A DNA stretch of 64,000 nucleotides from Rikenellaceae bacterium (GCA_044433365.1 JAWXTR010000001.1:44860-108859), one strand, 5' to 3'; numbered from the stretch's first letter, positions 38,764-48,437 are shown. The notes: generated by a model not told the origin, from the letters alone. A program made the numbers and translations.

Positions 38764-39567
38764 ATGCAAATAACAAATTTAGTAGAAAATAATACGCTTT
38801 TTGGGTGTAAAACCTCACATGGTCTATCGCTCCATATTGCATTAGAGAGCGAAAATATGCTTTTTGATGTAAGCGGTGATTTTGAGGTACTTTCAGGTAA
38901 TGCAAAGAAGCTAGGAATTGATTTGAAGCAGGTAGATAGGGTTATAATCTCGCACGGACACCGTGACCATGGTGGAGCACTATCTCAATTTCTTGAAATC
39001 AACAAAAAAGCAAAGATTTATATCCAACGACGTGCATTTTTAGACCACTTTAGCCATCGACCAACAGGTGTGGCATATATTGGATTAGATAAGGAACTTA
39101 TGACCCATCCACAGGTCGAAATAGTAGATGGTGACTACACAATCAACAGCTCTTTAGAGCTTTTTACAGTTAAAGATAATAGCCATCTTGCCTCAAGTGC
39201 CAATAAATCGCTGTTTGAGGGCGATAGAGCAGATAATTTTGAACATGAGCAAAATTTGGTAGTGAGAGAGGGCAATAGTGTAGCTGTTTTTATAGGTTGC
39301 GGTCATAATGGAGTGGTAAATATTATGAATCGTGCAATTTGTTACTCTCCGCAGATGGTAATAGGAGGATTTCACCTAACAAATCCATCGGCTAAGCGTG
39401 ATGAACCAAAAGAGCTGCTCGACAAGATTATTGAAGAGCTAAAATGTTATAAAGAAATTCAATTCTACACCTGTCATTGCACTGGGTTAGAGGTGTTTGA
39501 TTATCTTCAAAAGGGTATGGATAATATCTCTTACTTTTATTGTGGACAGAAATTAGAACTTTCCTAA
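38764..39567 (+). CDS. MBL-fold metallo-hydrolase
   Basis: 267 aa. ISHGHRDHGG (HxHxDH). Later GCGHNG. Confidence 0.8.
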   Translation: MQITNLVENNTLFGCKTSHGLSLHIALESENMLFDVSGDFEVLSGNAKKLGIDLKQVDRVIISHGHRDHGGALSQFLEINKKAKIYIQRRAFLDHFSHRPTGVAYIGLDKELMTHPQVEIVDGDYTINSSLELFTVKDNSHLASSANKSLFEGDRADNFEHEQNLVVREGNSVAVFIGCGHNGVVNIMNRAICYSPQMVIGGFHLTNPSAKRDEPKELLDKIIEELKCYKEIQFYTCHCTGLEVFDYLQKGMDNISYFYCGQKLELS

Positions 39568-39669
39568 AAGAAACCTCTAAAAGGAAGTTCTAATAACTTG
39601 TTTTCTGCGATTTAAACCTACATTAGCAAGTTCTAAATTTTGGATTTAAAGAGATTTTAGAAGTTTGCC
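39553..39669. repeat. cluster of GGGAAC-family half-sites and a mini palindrome
   Basis: TTAGAACTTTCC (supplies the last codons and stop of the MBL gene), GGAAGTTCTAA, and CAAGTTCTAAATTTTGGATTTAAAGAGATTTTAGAAGTTTGCC. Confidence 0.7.
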
Positions 39670-40386
39670 TTAATCATTCAAAAAATAGGATACAGATGTA
39701 ATAACCCTAACATTTTTAATATGTGGAGTGTTAGGGTCTCTATCAGAGATAGAAACCTGCCCCTGAGTAGCGGTTTTTATCTTGCCTAGCTCACTTTGAG
39801 AATCGTCGGCAAACTGTTGCGCCGATGCTCTAGCATTTGCCGAAGCCTCCTTTATCATCTCAACCTTCACCTCGTTAAGTTTAGTGTATTGATACATTAC
39901 ATTATAGCGATAATCTCCTGCCGAAAGCACAACACCCTGTTTTAGTAAATCGCCTTGTCGAGATAGAAGTTCTCGCACTTTATCAACATTGTTTGAAGCA
40001 ACTGTTAAAACATTTGTCATATTGTAGCGATAAATAATATTATTTGACGAATATCTATCAGCTTGTAGGTCGATAATTTCGGGTGCTGATATGCTTATCT
40101 CGCTCTCTTTTATGCCATTATCAATTAAAAATTTTGTAATAATAGCCCTTTTACTCTCCGACGATTTAGATAGCTGCATCAAATCATTTCCAACCTCCTT
40201 AAAAAGTATAGGCCATACAACTCTATCGGCAGGAAACTCTCTTTCCGACAACCCTTTAACCGAAACATATCTATTTTGAGCAGTAAAACGCTCTGCTGCT
40301 CCACTTAAAATTGCAGCTGCTACGATAACTCCTAATGATAAAATTGCTGCTGGAGCTATAAACTGTTTAATTCCAAACTTTTCCAT
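39670..40386 (-). CDS. SIMPL (DUF541) domain periplasmic protein
   Basis: TM anchor, then a SIMPL-like pattern (..VSVKGLSERE..ARASAQQFADDS..). Start taken at MEKFGIK (alternative 40413). Confidence 0.7.
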   Translation of the reverse strand: MEKFGIKQFIAPAAILSLGVIVAAAILSGAAERFTAQNRYVSVKGLSEREFPADRVVWPILFKEVGNDLMQLSKSSESKRAIITKFLIDNGIKESEISISAPEIIDLQADRYSSNNIIYRYNMTNVLTVASNNVDKVRELLSRQGDLLKQGVVLSAGDYRYNVMYQYTKLNEVKVEMIKEASANARASAQQFADDSQSELGKIKTATQGQVSISDRDPNTPHIKNVRVITSVSYFLND

Positions 40387-40454
40387 AATTTTTCTATTTT
40401 TAGTTGTTAACAACTGTTAATAACTGTTGATAACTTTGTTGATAACTATTGTTT

Positions 40455-40486
40455 AATTCATAATTTATAATTCATAATTTATAATT
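40455..40486 (-). repeat. heptanucleotide satellite array
   Basis: AATTCATAATTTATAATTCATAATTTATAATT. Confidence 0.95.
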
Positions 40487-40507
40487 ACTGGCTTCAATAA
40501 CACGGCA

Positions 40508-40618
40508 GTAGAGACGTAGCCCTGCTACGTCTGAAAACAATAATCTGTAATTATTAAATAATCGCCTTTTAAAAATATAACGATTTGTGTTACAGACGTA
40601 GCAGGGCTACGTCTCTAC
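40508..40618. repeat. element bounded by inverted GTAGAGACGTAGCCCTGCTACGTCTG hairpin modules (family P)
   Basis: Each terminus is itself a 9-bp hairpin (AGACGTAGC-CCT-GCTACGTCT). The two termini are inverted relative to each other. Confidence 0.75.
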
Positions 40619-40760
40619 CGAGCATTGCAAATAAGCTTACCTATAAAATCAACACAAACCTTCAATAACACCCCTTCGCCTCTGCTTTTAGCGTAAAAAA
40701 AGCAGTCAGCGAAAAGTTTTTTTGTTTCTTTTTTATAAAAAAAGAAAGTCCGAAGTTAAT

Positions 40761-40821
40761 ACAATTCATAATTTATAATTTATAATTTATAATTCATAAT
40801 TTATAATTCATAATTTATAAT
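40761..40821 (-). repeat. heptanucleotide satellite array overlapping the 3' end of the GSCFA gene
   Basis: About 9 units. Encodes the terminal ..NYKL* of 40808..41758. Confidence 0.95.
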
Positions 40822-41758
40822 TAAGAACTATCCCTATCTCTTTTTCCAATTGCTGAGCTTTTTGGAAGGTTGTAGACAGAAACTTCTGATGTGCAGCACT
40901 TTGGGGGTTTTGAGGGCGGTGAGCTAAAGCCTTTACTACCGACTCCACCTCTTTCATATATCGCTGACTATCAACATCTATAACTTCAGTTGAAAATCTC
41001 TCCCAAACATAATCTACCCCTATTTTTGATGGGTGTACCATATCGCTATCATAAAATCTATAATCACGAAGTTCGTCGTTAAAAATCTCATAAGAGGGAT
41101 AGTAATCAACATTTTCAAACTTTTTACATAAGTTATCAACAGCCACTAAAAGATGAGCCTTACTAACACTGTTTACCGCAAAACCATCCTTTATATATCT
41201 AACGGGGCTAACTGTAAAAATTATATGCTTATCTTTAAAATATTCCTGCTTAAAAAGTGAAGCAAATAGCTCGTAAGTCTCATCGCTATCAATCAATTTT
41301 CTCTCAAAATCGGCTGCTGGAAATTTATGACAATTTGCCACTGCCTTTCCGCTCTCTTTTTGGTAGTAGCAGAGCGACGTGCCAAGTGTAATTATTATAA
41401 AATCCGACTCTCTAAGCTGTTTTTCACCTCTAATTATTGCACTATTTATCATCTCGACTGCCTCCGCTGCTCTGGAAGATGTAAGTAGTGTGTTGGCTAT
41501 AAACGAACCGTATAGTTCACGGTGAAAAAATAGGTCGTCGGTGGTAATTAATCTTTTCTCTTTTAAAATCGTTAGCGTATCTACCACCGACTGAGGATTG
41601 TAGAGCGTGCCAAGTGGATTGTAAAGGGTGTTAAACCTCCGAACAATAAGTTTTTCGCCAATATTTGCCGAAAAACATGAACCAATCATAAAAATAGTGC
41701 TTTTATAGTCTATTTTATTTTTAAAATCTACCTTTTCAACTTTTGTTTGTAGCTGCAT
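40808..41758 (-). CDS. GSCFA domain protein
   Basis: 316 aa. MIGSCFSANIGEKL (GSCFA motif) near the N-terminus. Confidence 0.75.
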   Translation of the reverse strand: MQLQTKVEKVDFKNKIDYKSTIFMIGSCFSANIGEKLIVRRFNTLYNPLGTLYNPQSVVDTLTILKEKRLITTDDLFFHRELYGSFIANTLLTSSRAAEAVEMINSAIIRGEKQLRESDFIIITLGTSLCYYQKESGKAVANCHKFPAADFERKLIDSDETYELFASLFKQEYFKDKHIIFTVSPVRYIKDGFAVNSVSKAHLLVAVDNLCKKFENVDYYPSYEIFNDELRDYRFYDSDMVHPSKIGVDYVWERFSTEVIDVDSQRYMKEVESVVKALAHRPQNPQSAAHQKFLSTTFQKAQQLEKEIGIVLNYKL

Positions 41759-41875
41759 GAATTAATAATTTTAGAAATTATTGCTATTATTTTGAGTTTC
41801 CATCCCTACAAATATAACTTTTTTATACCTATTTTAAAAAAATAATACTATATTTGCTAAAAATTAACAATAATT

Positions 41876-43111
41876 ATGGAACCTGTAGAGCAGAGATTTA
41901 TAAGATATGCTAGAATTGATACGCAAAGTTGTGACAGTTCTACTACCACACCTTCAACCTCAAAGCAGTTTGACCTGCTAAATTTACTAAAAAATGAGCT
42001 TGATGCTATGGGGTTGACAGATGTAATTTTGACAGAAAAGGGCTATTTATACGCCACTTTAGAGGCAAATTGCGACAAGATTTTACCTGTAATAGGTCTG
42101 ATTGCTCATGTTGATACATCGCCTGATATGAGTGGTGAAAATGTAAATCCTAAAGTTGTAAAATATAATGGAGGTGATATAGTTTTAAATAAAGAGCTTG
42201 ATATTATCACTCGTCTAAACGATTTTCCAGAGTTAGAAAAATATAAAGGTCATGAGCTTATAGTCACCGATGGCACAACTCTGCTTGGTGCTGATGACAA
42301 AGCAGGAGTAGCCGAGATTATGGCTGCAATGGAGTATTTTATCGAAAATCCTGAGGTTAAACATGGTACTATCAAGGTGGGTTTCACCCCTGATGAGGAG
42401 ATTGGACGAGGTGCCGACCACTTTGATGTTAAGCTTTTTGGTGCCGACTACGCCTACACCTTTGATGGCTCATCGCTGGGAGAGTTGGAGTATGAAAATT
42501 TTAATGCAGCCACTGTAAAAATCAATATTCAAGGACGAAATGTTCACCCGGGTTATGCAAAAAACAAGATGCTCAACGCCTTTACCATTGCAATGGAGTT
42601 CGACTCACTAGTTCCAAAATTTGAACGCCCTGAATACACCTCTGGATATGAGGGGTTTTATCATCTTGTATCACTAGGAGGTAGTGTAGATGCTACATCT
42701 ATGAGCTATATAATTAGAGACCACAGCGATGAGATTTACTCTAATCGTATCGACACTATAAAACTAGTTGCAAAGCGAATAAACGAAAAATATGGCAATT
42801 CTACAGTTGCACTAACAGTAAAAGAGCAATACCGCAATATGCGCTCCGTTATCGAAAATGGCAATATGGCTATAGTCGAACGAGCAATAGCAGCAATGAA
42901 ACGGATAGATATAAAACCTGACGTAAAGCCAATTAGAGGAGGAACCGATGGTAGCAGATTATCATTTATGGGACTTCCAACTCCAAATATCTTTGCTGGA
43001 GGCGAAAACTTCCACGGTCGCCACGAATTTATCTCTATCAGCGTAATGAACAAGGCTTTTGAACTTGCTGTTGAGCTTTGTAGGGAGGGGGAGACGAATT
43101 ATAAATTGTAA
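41876..43111 (+). CDS. pepT: peptidase T (tripeptide aminopeptidase, M20B)
   Basis: 411 aa. RFIRYARIDTQS, AHVDTSPD, LGADDKAG, PDEEIGRGA. Full-length PepT pattern. Confidence 0.9.
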   Translation: MEPVEQRFIRYARIDTQSCDSSTTTPSTSKQFDLLNLLKNELDAMGLTDVILTEKGYLYATLEANCDKILPVIGLIAHVDTSPDMSGENVNPKVVKYNGGDIVLNKELDIITRLNDFPELEKYKGHELIVTDGTTLLGADDKAGVAEIMAAMEYFIENPEVKHGTIKVGFTPDEEIGRGADHFDVKLFGADYAYTFDGSSLGELEYENFNAATVKINIQGRNVHPGYAKNKMLNAFTIAMEFDSLVPKFERPEYTSGYEGFYHLVSLGGSVDATSMSYIIRDHSDEIYSNRIDTIKLVAKRINEKYGNSTVALTVKEQYRNMRSVIENGNMAIVERAIAAMKRIDIKPDVKPIRGGTDGSRLSFMGLPTPNIFAGGENFHGRHEFISISVMNKAFELAVELCREGETNYKL

Positions 43112-43139
43112 ATTGTGAATTGTGAATTATAAATGAATT
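43097..43139 (+). repeat. heptanucleotide satellite array (AATTGTG/AATTATA variants) overlapping the pepT stop
   Basis: AATTATAAATTGTAAATTGTGAATTGTGAATTATAAATGAATT. Confidence 0.9.
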
Positions 43140-43208
43140 GCTTAGGAATCGGAGATTTGGTTTAATAACACTTTAGTTCTAAATGGGTCTATGACCCTGC
43201 CTAAATAC

Positions 43209-43265
43209 AAAGACCTTTTGATTTATTAATAGTTATCTTACAATAAATCAAAAGGTCTTTTTTTG
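43209..43265. terminator. bidirectional terminator between convergent pepT and LRR gene
   Basis: AAAGACCTTTTGATTTATT / AATAAATCAAAAGGTCTTT, a 19-bp perfect stem with a T-run after it and an A-run before it. Confidence 0.7.
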
Positions 43266-43285
43266 AAAAAATATTTGGTATTTTA

Positions 43286-45598
43286 TTACCAACCTATACC
43301 ATTTGCATCCTCAGCCTCAGCATTTAAATACCCCTCAGAACCTCCTTTTAGGATAATATTTTTAAATGTATATGAAACTTCGTCTGTCGATGATTTTGTT
43401 GCTCTATCAATAGTTAAAGTATTTCCGTAAATCATATCTTTATTATCTACGCCTGTTGTAAGGGTGATCTTGCTCTCTTGACTTACTATATTGCTTAGAA
43501 AAAACAGGTCATCGCCTAAATATTCTATAACACTACCATCGTTAGATGCAATTTCTAATGAAGTTAGTGCATCACAACCCTCAAAGGCTAAATTTTCGAT
43601 TGAAGTCGCAGATGGAAATGTTGCGGTTTCTAGTGAATAACAACCAACAAAGGCATCTTCTTCTATAAAAGTTACTGCTGGGAATGTTGCTGTCTCTAGT
43701 GAATAGCAACCTGCAAATGCATTATTCCCGATAAATTGAACCAATGGAAAGGAAATAGAAGATAAACTTTTACAGTTATTAAAAGCACTGTATTCAATAT
43801 ATTCTACATTAGGAGCTGTAATTGTAATTAATTTTTCGCAATTATCAAAAGCTCTACTATCAATAATTTTAGCTAACGGAACAGAAATGGTATTTAAATT
43901 TGTGCAATTATAAAATGATGCATGACTTATTGTATCTACCTTTGGTAGATATATATTTGTCAAATTATAACAGTCACAAAAAGGACCACATTGTTCATCA
44001 CACCCTAAAGTTGTTGCTTCAGGAAGAGATACGTTAACTAGGTTCGTGCACATGACAAATGCGCCTGCACGAATATTAGTTGCTTTAGGAAATGAAATAG
44101 TTGTTAAGTTTGAACAAGTATAAAAAGAGTAAAGACCAATTTTGTTAACTAACGGAAAAGAAACGTCTACAAGACTATTACATCCAATAAATGCACCACC
44201 ACCAATAGTTTCTACATTTGGAAATGAAATAGACGATAAATCACTGCAATTTGAAAATGATTTTACACCAATAGTTACTACATTAGGAAAATCGACATTT
44301 TTTAAACCTGTAATTTCTTGTTTATCTGGAGTAAAATAGCTGCAATTTATAAAAGCCATGTCAGCAATATTTTCAGCATTAGGAAATGATATATTCGTCA
44401 ACCTATTACAATTTTCAAATGCACTCTCACCAATACCTATAGCTAATGGAGCAGAAAATCCAATTAGATTTTGACAACAAATTTCATCGTTAGAAAAAGC
44501 ATTATTAGGAACACTTTCCAAATTAGGAAAAATCAAAGAAATATCCCTATCAGCATTATTAATAGCACTCTGAATATTAGCAAAATCCTTAGTACTACCC
44601 TCAACATCATCAATAGTCCAAACATCACCAGATGGAACAAAACTACCGTCAAAATCAGAAAGTGAAAGAGTTTGATTGCCATCTTCAATTGTAAAATCTT
44701 GAGTTAAATCTAATGCACCGCTATTGCTAAAATAGAAAGTATTGCGTGTAAAATTTATACCGTTTTCAAACTCTTTTATATACTTAGTTTTATTACCATC
44801 GCCATCTTTTGTTGTAATGTAGAGTGTAAATTTTTCACCGCTTAAATCTACAGGAGCTATAGCCATATTTAGCATAGCTGTGGTATATGCTTGGTTGCTG
44901 ATTGATGCGCTGATATTAGTTGATAGTGTTGAATTAGAATTATCGATAGCAATAGTGTTTAGGTCGATAGTTGCTGAGCTGTAGAATATTTCGGTATCAC
45001 TTTCAAATCCCAGTTCAATTAGAGTTTCATCGGTAGGAATATTTTCTAGCTCTAGTTGAAAAAACGACATTGCTTGTTTGAATTGCAAATCTGGAATATT
45101 ATAACCACCATCAGATGAAGCTGTAGCATCACTTGCCAAAGCTATCATAAGACCGTTAGAGTAGTCGCTATCGTCGGAAGCATTTAATATTTGAGTTGTT
45201 AAAGATACCTCAATAGTGGAATTAGAAGAATCTAGTGTGTAGCCAGTGGTTGTGTATGGGTATATAGCATAAATATCTTTTTCACCACTCCATGTGATAA
45301 TTTCACCCGAAAATTCGGAGCTTTCAGAAGCTGTATCTGTTGAAAATTTTTGATTATTGTTTAGCGTAGATGGAACAATTAGGCTAAAAGCATCATCCTC
45401 TTCCCATCTAAATTTGTAGGTAGAATTGTCGCTATTTGGTTCATACGAAACTTTGGTTGTAGTCTCGTTACTACCATTAATTGTTACAAAAATGGTTTTT
45501 TCCTCTTCATTTGGCGTAGGGGTGGTTGTGTTGTTACTCTTTTCACAACCTACAAACAGCGGTAGTGTAAGAAGTAGTGGGTAGATAAGTTTTTTCAT
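43286..45598 (-). CDS. surface lipoprotein with BspA-type leucine-rich repeats and fimbrillin-like N-terminal region
   Basis: Start at MKKLIYPLLLTLPLFVGC (lipobox). About 14 repeats of the ~23-aa pattern F.NC..L..I.FP..V..IG..AF..C. The upstream 64 codons of the track ORF run through a repeat element. Confidence 0.8.
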   Translation of the reverse strand: MKKLIYPLLLTLPLFVGCEKSNNTTTPTPNEEEKTIFVTINGSNETTTKVSYEPNSDNSTYKFRWEEDDAFSLIVPSTLNNNQKFSTDTASESSEFSGEIITWSGEKDIYAIYPYTTTGYTLDSSNSTIEVSLTTQILNASDDSDYSNGLMIALASDATASSDGGYNIPDLQFKQAMSFFQLELENIPTDETLIELGFESDTEIFYSSATIDLNTIAIDNSNSTLSTNISASISNQAYTTAMLNMAIAPVDLSGEKFTLYITTKDGDGNKTKYIKEFENGINFTRNTFYFSNSGALDLTQDFTIEDGNQTLSLSDFDGSFVPSGDVWTIDDVEGSTKDFANIQSAINNADRDISLIFPNLESVPNNAFSNDEICCQNLIGFSAPLAIGIGESAFENCNRLTNISFPNAENIADMAFINCSYFTPDKQEITGLKNVDFPNVVTIGVKSFSNCSDLSSISFPNVETIGGGAFIGCNSLVDVSFPLVNKIGLYSFYTCSNLTTISFPKATNIRAGAFVMCTNLVNVSLPEATTLGCDEQCGPFCDCYNLTNIYLPKVDTISHASFYNCTNLNTISVPLAKIIDSRAFDNCEKLITITAPNVEYIEYSAFNNCKSLSSISFPLVQFIGNNAFAGCYSLETATFPAVTFIEEDAFVGCYSLETATFPSATSIENLAFEGCDALTSLEIASNDGSVIEYLGDDLFFLSNIVSQESKITLTTGVDNKDMIYGNTLTIDRATKSSTDEVSYTFKNIILKGGSEGYLNAEAEDANGIGW

Positions 45599-45615
45599 AA
45601 TTAAAAGTTTATTTA

Positions 45616-45659
45616 GGGGAGTTCTAATAATTGGTTTTATTCGATTTTTAGAAGTTCCC
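45616..45659 (-). mobile_element. GGGAAC-type mini palindromic element (short form, inverted)
   Basis: TTTA on both flanks. 18 nt upstream of the LRR lipoprotein ATG. Confidence 0.8.
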
Positions 45660-45753
45660 TTTAGTTGATAAATATATTTATAATTTAGTTTTTTGTAGTT
45701 GATTACACCATAAAGCACAAGATGCGTGGACAAAACTATATCAGAACATAGGT

Positions 45754-45842
45754 ACGACCAAGCACCCTCCACCCAACAAGTAAAGCCCACGCAAACGCAG
45801 GCGTTATACTTATTGTTTTCTGGGTGGATTAAAATTGGTCGT
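45754..45842. other. GC-enriched nested-helix segment (possible structured RNA or degenerate MITE)
   Basis: ACGACCAA/TTGGTCGT (8 bp) enclosing CCACCCA/TGGGTGG (7 bp) and inner partial pairings. Stands out from AT-rich surroundings. Confidence 0.2.
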
Positions 45843-45874
45843 TTTATGTTCCCAAAACAATAGCAAACGCTATA

Positions 45875-46035
45875 GGGAACTTCTAAAAATTGGATTTTAA
45901 CGCTTTTTTATTTTGAGGCTTCACCTTTGAATTTTACAAAATGCACCGTAGGCACCACTACGCTCACATTTTGTAAAATCCAAATCTAAAACCTCAAAAT
46001 AAAAAATCGAATAAAACCAATTATTAGAACTCCCC
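45875..46035 (+). mobile_element. GGGAAC-type element, long form
   Basis: TATA on both flanks. Near-identical to 23856-24015. Confidence 0.8.
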
Positions 46036-46086
46036 TATAATATATCTAAATTGGCATCTCTTGCCAAAATTTTTACAAAGTTAACT

Positions 46087-46252
46087 TAAGTAGTGTAAAA
46101 CAATTATTGCCATATTCTTAATAGCACTCTTGGAGCGATATTTTTCACTATTAAATCTCAATATAGAACCACTATATTTTCGATTCAATAGCAAAAAATC
46201 TCATCTCCAATAGCACTATTAAAAATACACCAATAATTATTTTACCCTACTT
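46087..46252 (-). mobile_element. TA-MITE165, full copy, 3' of the MATE gene
   Basis: TA flanks. This is the copy used for the arm-by-arm pairing analysis. Confidence 0.85.
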
Positions 46253-46311
46253 ATTTTTGTATATTTAAAAATTTTAATTAAAAAATTCTTTTAATTTTTA
46301 CAACTTCACCC

Positions 46312-47655
46312 CTACTCAAACAACCCAGAAGAGTTAACAATTTTTCGAAAGCGGATAAAAAATTGAATGCCAGCGGTGGTCAATCCTATAAAGAAGCCGA
46401 ACCAGATACCCATCTCTCCAAAACCTAATGTAAATCCAAAGAAATATGCCACAGGTACATTGATGAATAGATATGAAATTAGGGCAAAAATCATCGGTTT
46501 TTGAACATCTTTAAGCCCACGAAGTGCGCCAAGAATTGTCACCTGCATTCCGTCGCTAAATTCGAATAGTGCAATTACATAAAACACTTTGGTTGCAATA
46601 TCTATAACTGCTAAATCATCGGTGTAAGCCATTGCTATATATCGACCTAAGAAGATAAACATCGCCGCACCGCATAGCATAAACAGCGACGACATTTGCA
46701 TCCCTGCATAGGTGTAGTTTTTAATATCTGTGCGGTTTTTAGCTCCAAAAGCGTGGCTCGTTAAGATGGTAACAGCTCCCGAAATGCCTAAAACTACTTG
46801 GAACATTGCAGAGCATATTGATAGCGCAATTTGATTGGCTGCGAGTGATTCGGTGCTAATCCATCCCATATAGATAGCTGTTACACTCAGCGCAAACACC
46901 TCTACTGTAATCTGTCCTGAGATAGGTAAACCTACTGCAAGCAACATTTTTTGACTCTGTAAACGCATATTTCGCTTAGCAAAAAAGTTGAAGTATCGTT
47001 TTAAGGAGTTGTGGCTTCTGAAATATATATAAAAGGCAATCGGCATAAAAATGCGTGAAATTAGAGTTGCTACAGCAGCTCCATTAACCCCCATTTGAGG
47101 AAATCCAAATTTACCGTATATTAGTAGGTAGTTTAAAACAATATTTAAGATATTTGATATTATTGTAATCGACATCGACACTTTTGTGTTGCCAATACCC
47201 TCCATAAATTGTTTAAATGCCAAAAAGGCTAAAAAGGGAAATATCGATAGAGAAATAATCTTAAAATAGCTCTCAGCCATCACAACTACTCCTTCGGGTT
47301 GCCCCATAAGATAGAAAAGTGGAGTTGCATAATACATTCCGACACTTAATATCAGACCAATGACAATATTAAGAAGCAGTGAATTTTGAAATAGACTTGC
47401 CGCCTTTTTATAGCTTCCTGTTGCAAAAAGTTCACCTGTAAGCGGAGTAAGGCTAGTGGCAATACCAATCCCAAAAACCAATACATTATGTAGTATAATA
47501 GTGGCAAGCGAAGCTGCTGCAAGCTCTAAAGCTCCAAGCTGACCAACCATTATATTGTCGATAATACCTACAGTGGCTTGTCCTAAATTTGCAATAATAA
47601 TAGGAAGTGCAAGCTGCAAGTTTTTTTTATAATATTTTCTTTCTAATAATTTCAT
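46312..47655 (-). CDS. MATE family efflux transporter
   Basis: 447 aa, 12 TM. N-terminal ..LALPIIIANLGQ.. typical of MATE/NorM. Confidence 0.85.
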   Translation of the reverse strand: MKLLERKYYKKNLQLALPIIIANLGQATVGIIDNIMVGQLGALELAAASLATIILHNVLVFGIGIATSLTPLTGELFATGSYKKAASLFQNSLLLNIVIGLILSVGMYYATPLFYLMGQPEGVVVMAESYFKIISLSIFPFLAFLAFKQFMEGIGNTKVSMSITIISNILNIVLNYLLIYGKFGFPQMGVNGAAVATLISRIFMPIAFYIYFRSHNSLKRYFNFFAKRNMRLQSQKMLLAVGLPISGQITVEVFALSVTAIYMGWISTESLAANQIALSICSAMFQVVLGISGAVTILTSHAFGAKNRTDIKNYTYAGMQMSSLFMLCGAAMFIFLGRYIAMAYTDDLAVIDIATKVFYVIALFEFSDGMQVTILGALRGLKDVQKPMIFALISYLFINVPVAYFFGFTLGFGEMGIWFGFFIGLTTAGIQFFIRFRKIVNSSGLFE

Positions 47656-47743
47656 TTTCGATGCAATATAAACACAACAGACAAATCCGTAAAACCCTTT
47701 TGCGGATTTGCCTTATAATTTTTTGAAATTTGTTTCTACTCTC

Positions 47744-47894
47744 AGCAGTGGAGACGTAGCCTTGCTACGTCTAAAATCGAATTTTGCAAAGCAAAATGAG
47801 CTTATATAGCAAACAAAATTGAACTCACTAAGCCAATACAAATACAAATACAAATACAAATACAAATACAGACGTAGCAGGGCTATGTCTCTAC
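47744..47894. repeat. family P element (hairpin-module termini) carrying a hexamer microsatellite
   Basis: GTGGAGACGTAGCCTTGCTACGTCT ... CAGACGTAGCAGGGCTATGTCTCTAC. Confidence 0.7.
47836..47870. repeat. (ATACAA)n microsatellite, about 5.8 units
   Basis: ATACAAATACAAATACAAATACAAATACAAATACA. Confidence 0.95.
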
Positions 47895-47921
47895 AGTCGC
47901 CGAGCCACAAATTTAAATTAA

Positions 47922-47956
47922 GGGGAGTTCTAAATTCTGGATTTTGAGAATGACCC
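47922..47956. repeat. GGGAAC-family variant half element
   Basis: GGGGAGTTCTAAATTCTGGATTTTGAGAATGACCC. The GAGAATGACCCACAAC 16-mer recurs at the sulfatase start (32294-32309). Confidence 0.6.
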
Positions 47957-48037
47957 ACAACAAATGAGAGCACTACGAAGTAATGCTCTCATTTGTTTCA
48001 ACTCCCTTAAAGTAGTCTTAAAAATTAGATATTTTCG

Positions 48038-48382
48038 TTACTCTTGAGTTGCCTCTTCTTCGATTACTGTTGTAGAAGGAGCTTCAATTTCATTAATTCC
48101 CTGCATGCTTTGCTCTTGTTGAAGAGTTTCGATTACAGAGCTTCTAGTTTCGTCGATTCTATCTTTATCAATAGACATTGATGTTGCTAGAGAAAGAACT
48201 AAAATTGAGATTGCAGCACCCCAAGTGAATTTTTCTAGGAAGTCTGTTGTTTGTCTAACGCCCATAACTTGGTTTGAAGCACCAAAGTTTGCAGCCATAC
48301 CGCTTTTTGGGTGTTGAGCTAATACTGCTAATACAAGTAGCAAACAAGCCACTACGATTAATACGAAAAATACTATATACAT
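48038..48382 (-). CDS. secG: preprotein translocase subunit SecG
   Basis: 114 aa. Two TM helices with ..LAQHPKSGMAANFG.. between them. Confidence 0.8.
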   Translation of the reverse strand: MYIVFFVLIVVACLLLVLAVLAQHPKSGMAANFGASNQVMGVRQTTDFLEKFTWGAAISILVLSLATSMSIDKDRIDETRSSVIETLQQEQSMQGINEIEAPSTTVIEEEATQE

Positions 48383-48437
48383 ATCTTTAAAATTTTTATT
48401 TCTATATTTTACGAAAACGAGATAGAACTCTGCAACC

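Noticed and set aside
45599-45790. 64-codon N-terminal extension of the 834-aa LRR ORF
   Set aside because: The extension crosses a GGGAAC element and the GC-rich structured segment. A canonical lipoprotein signal (MKKLIYPLLLTLPLFVGC) starts at 45598.
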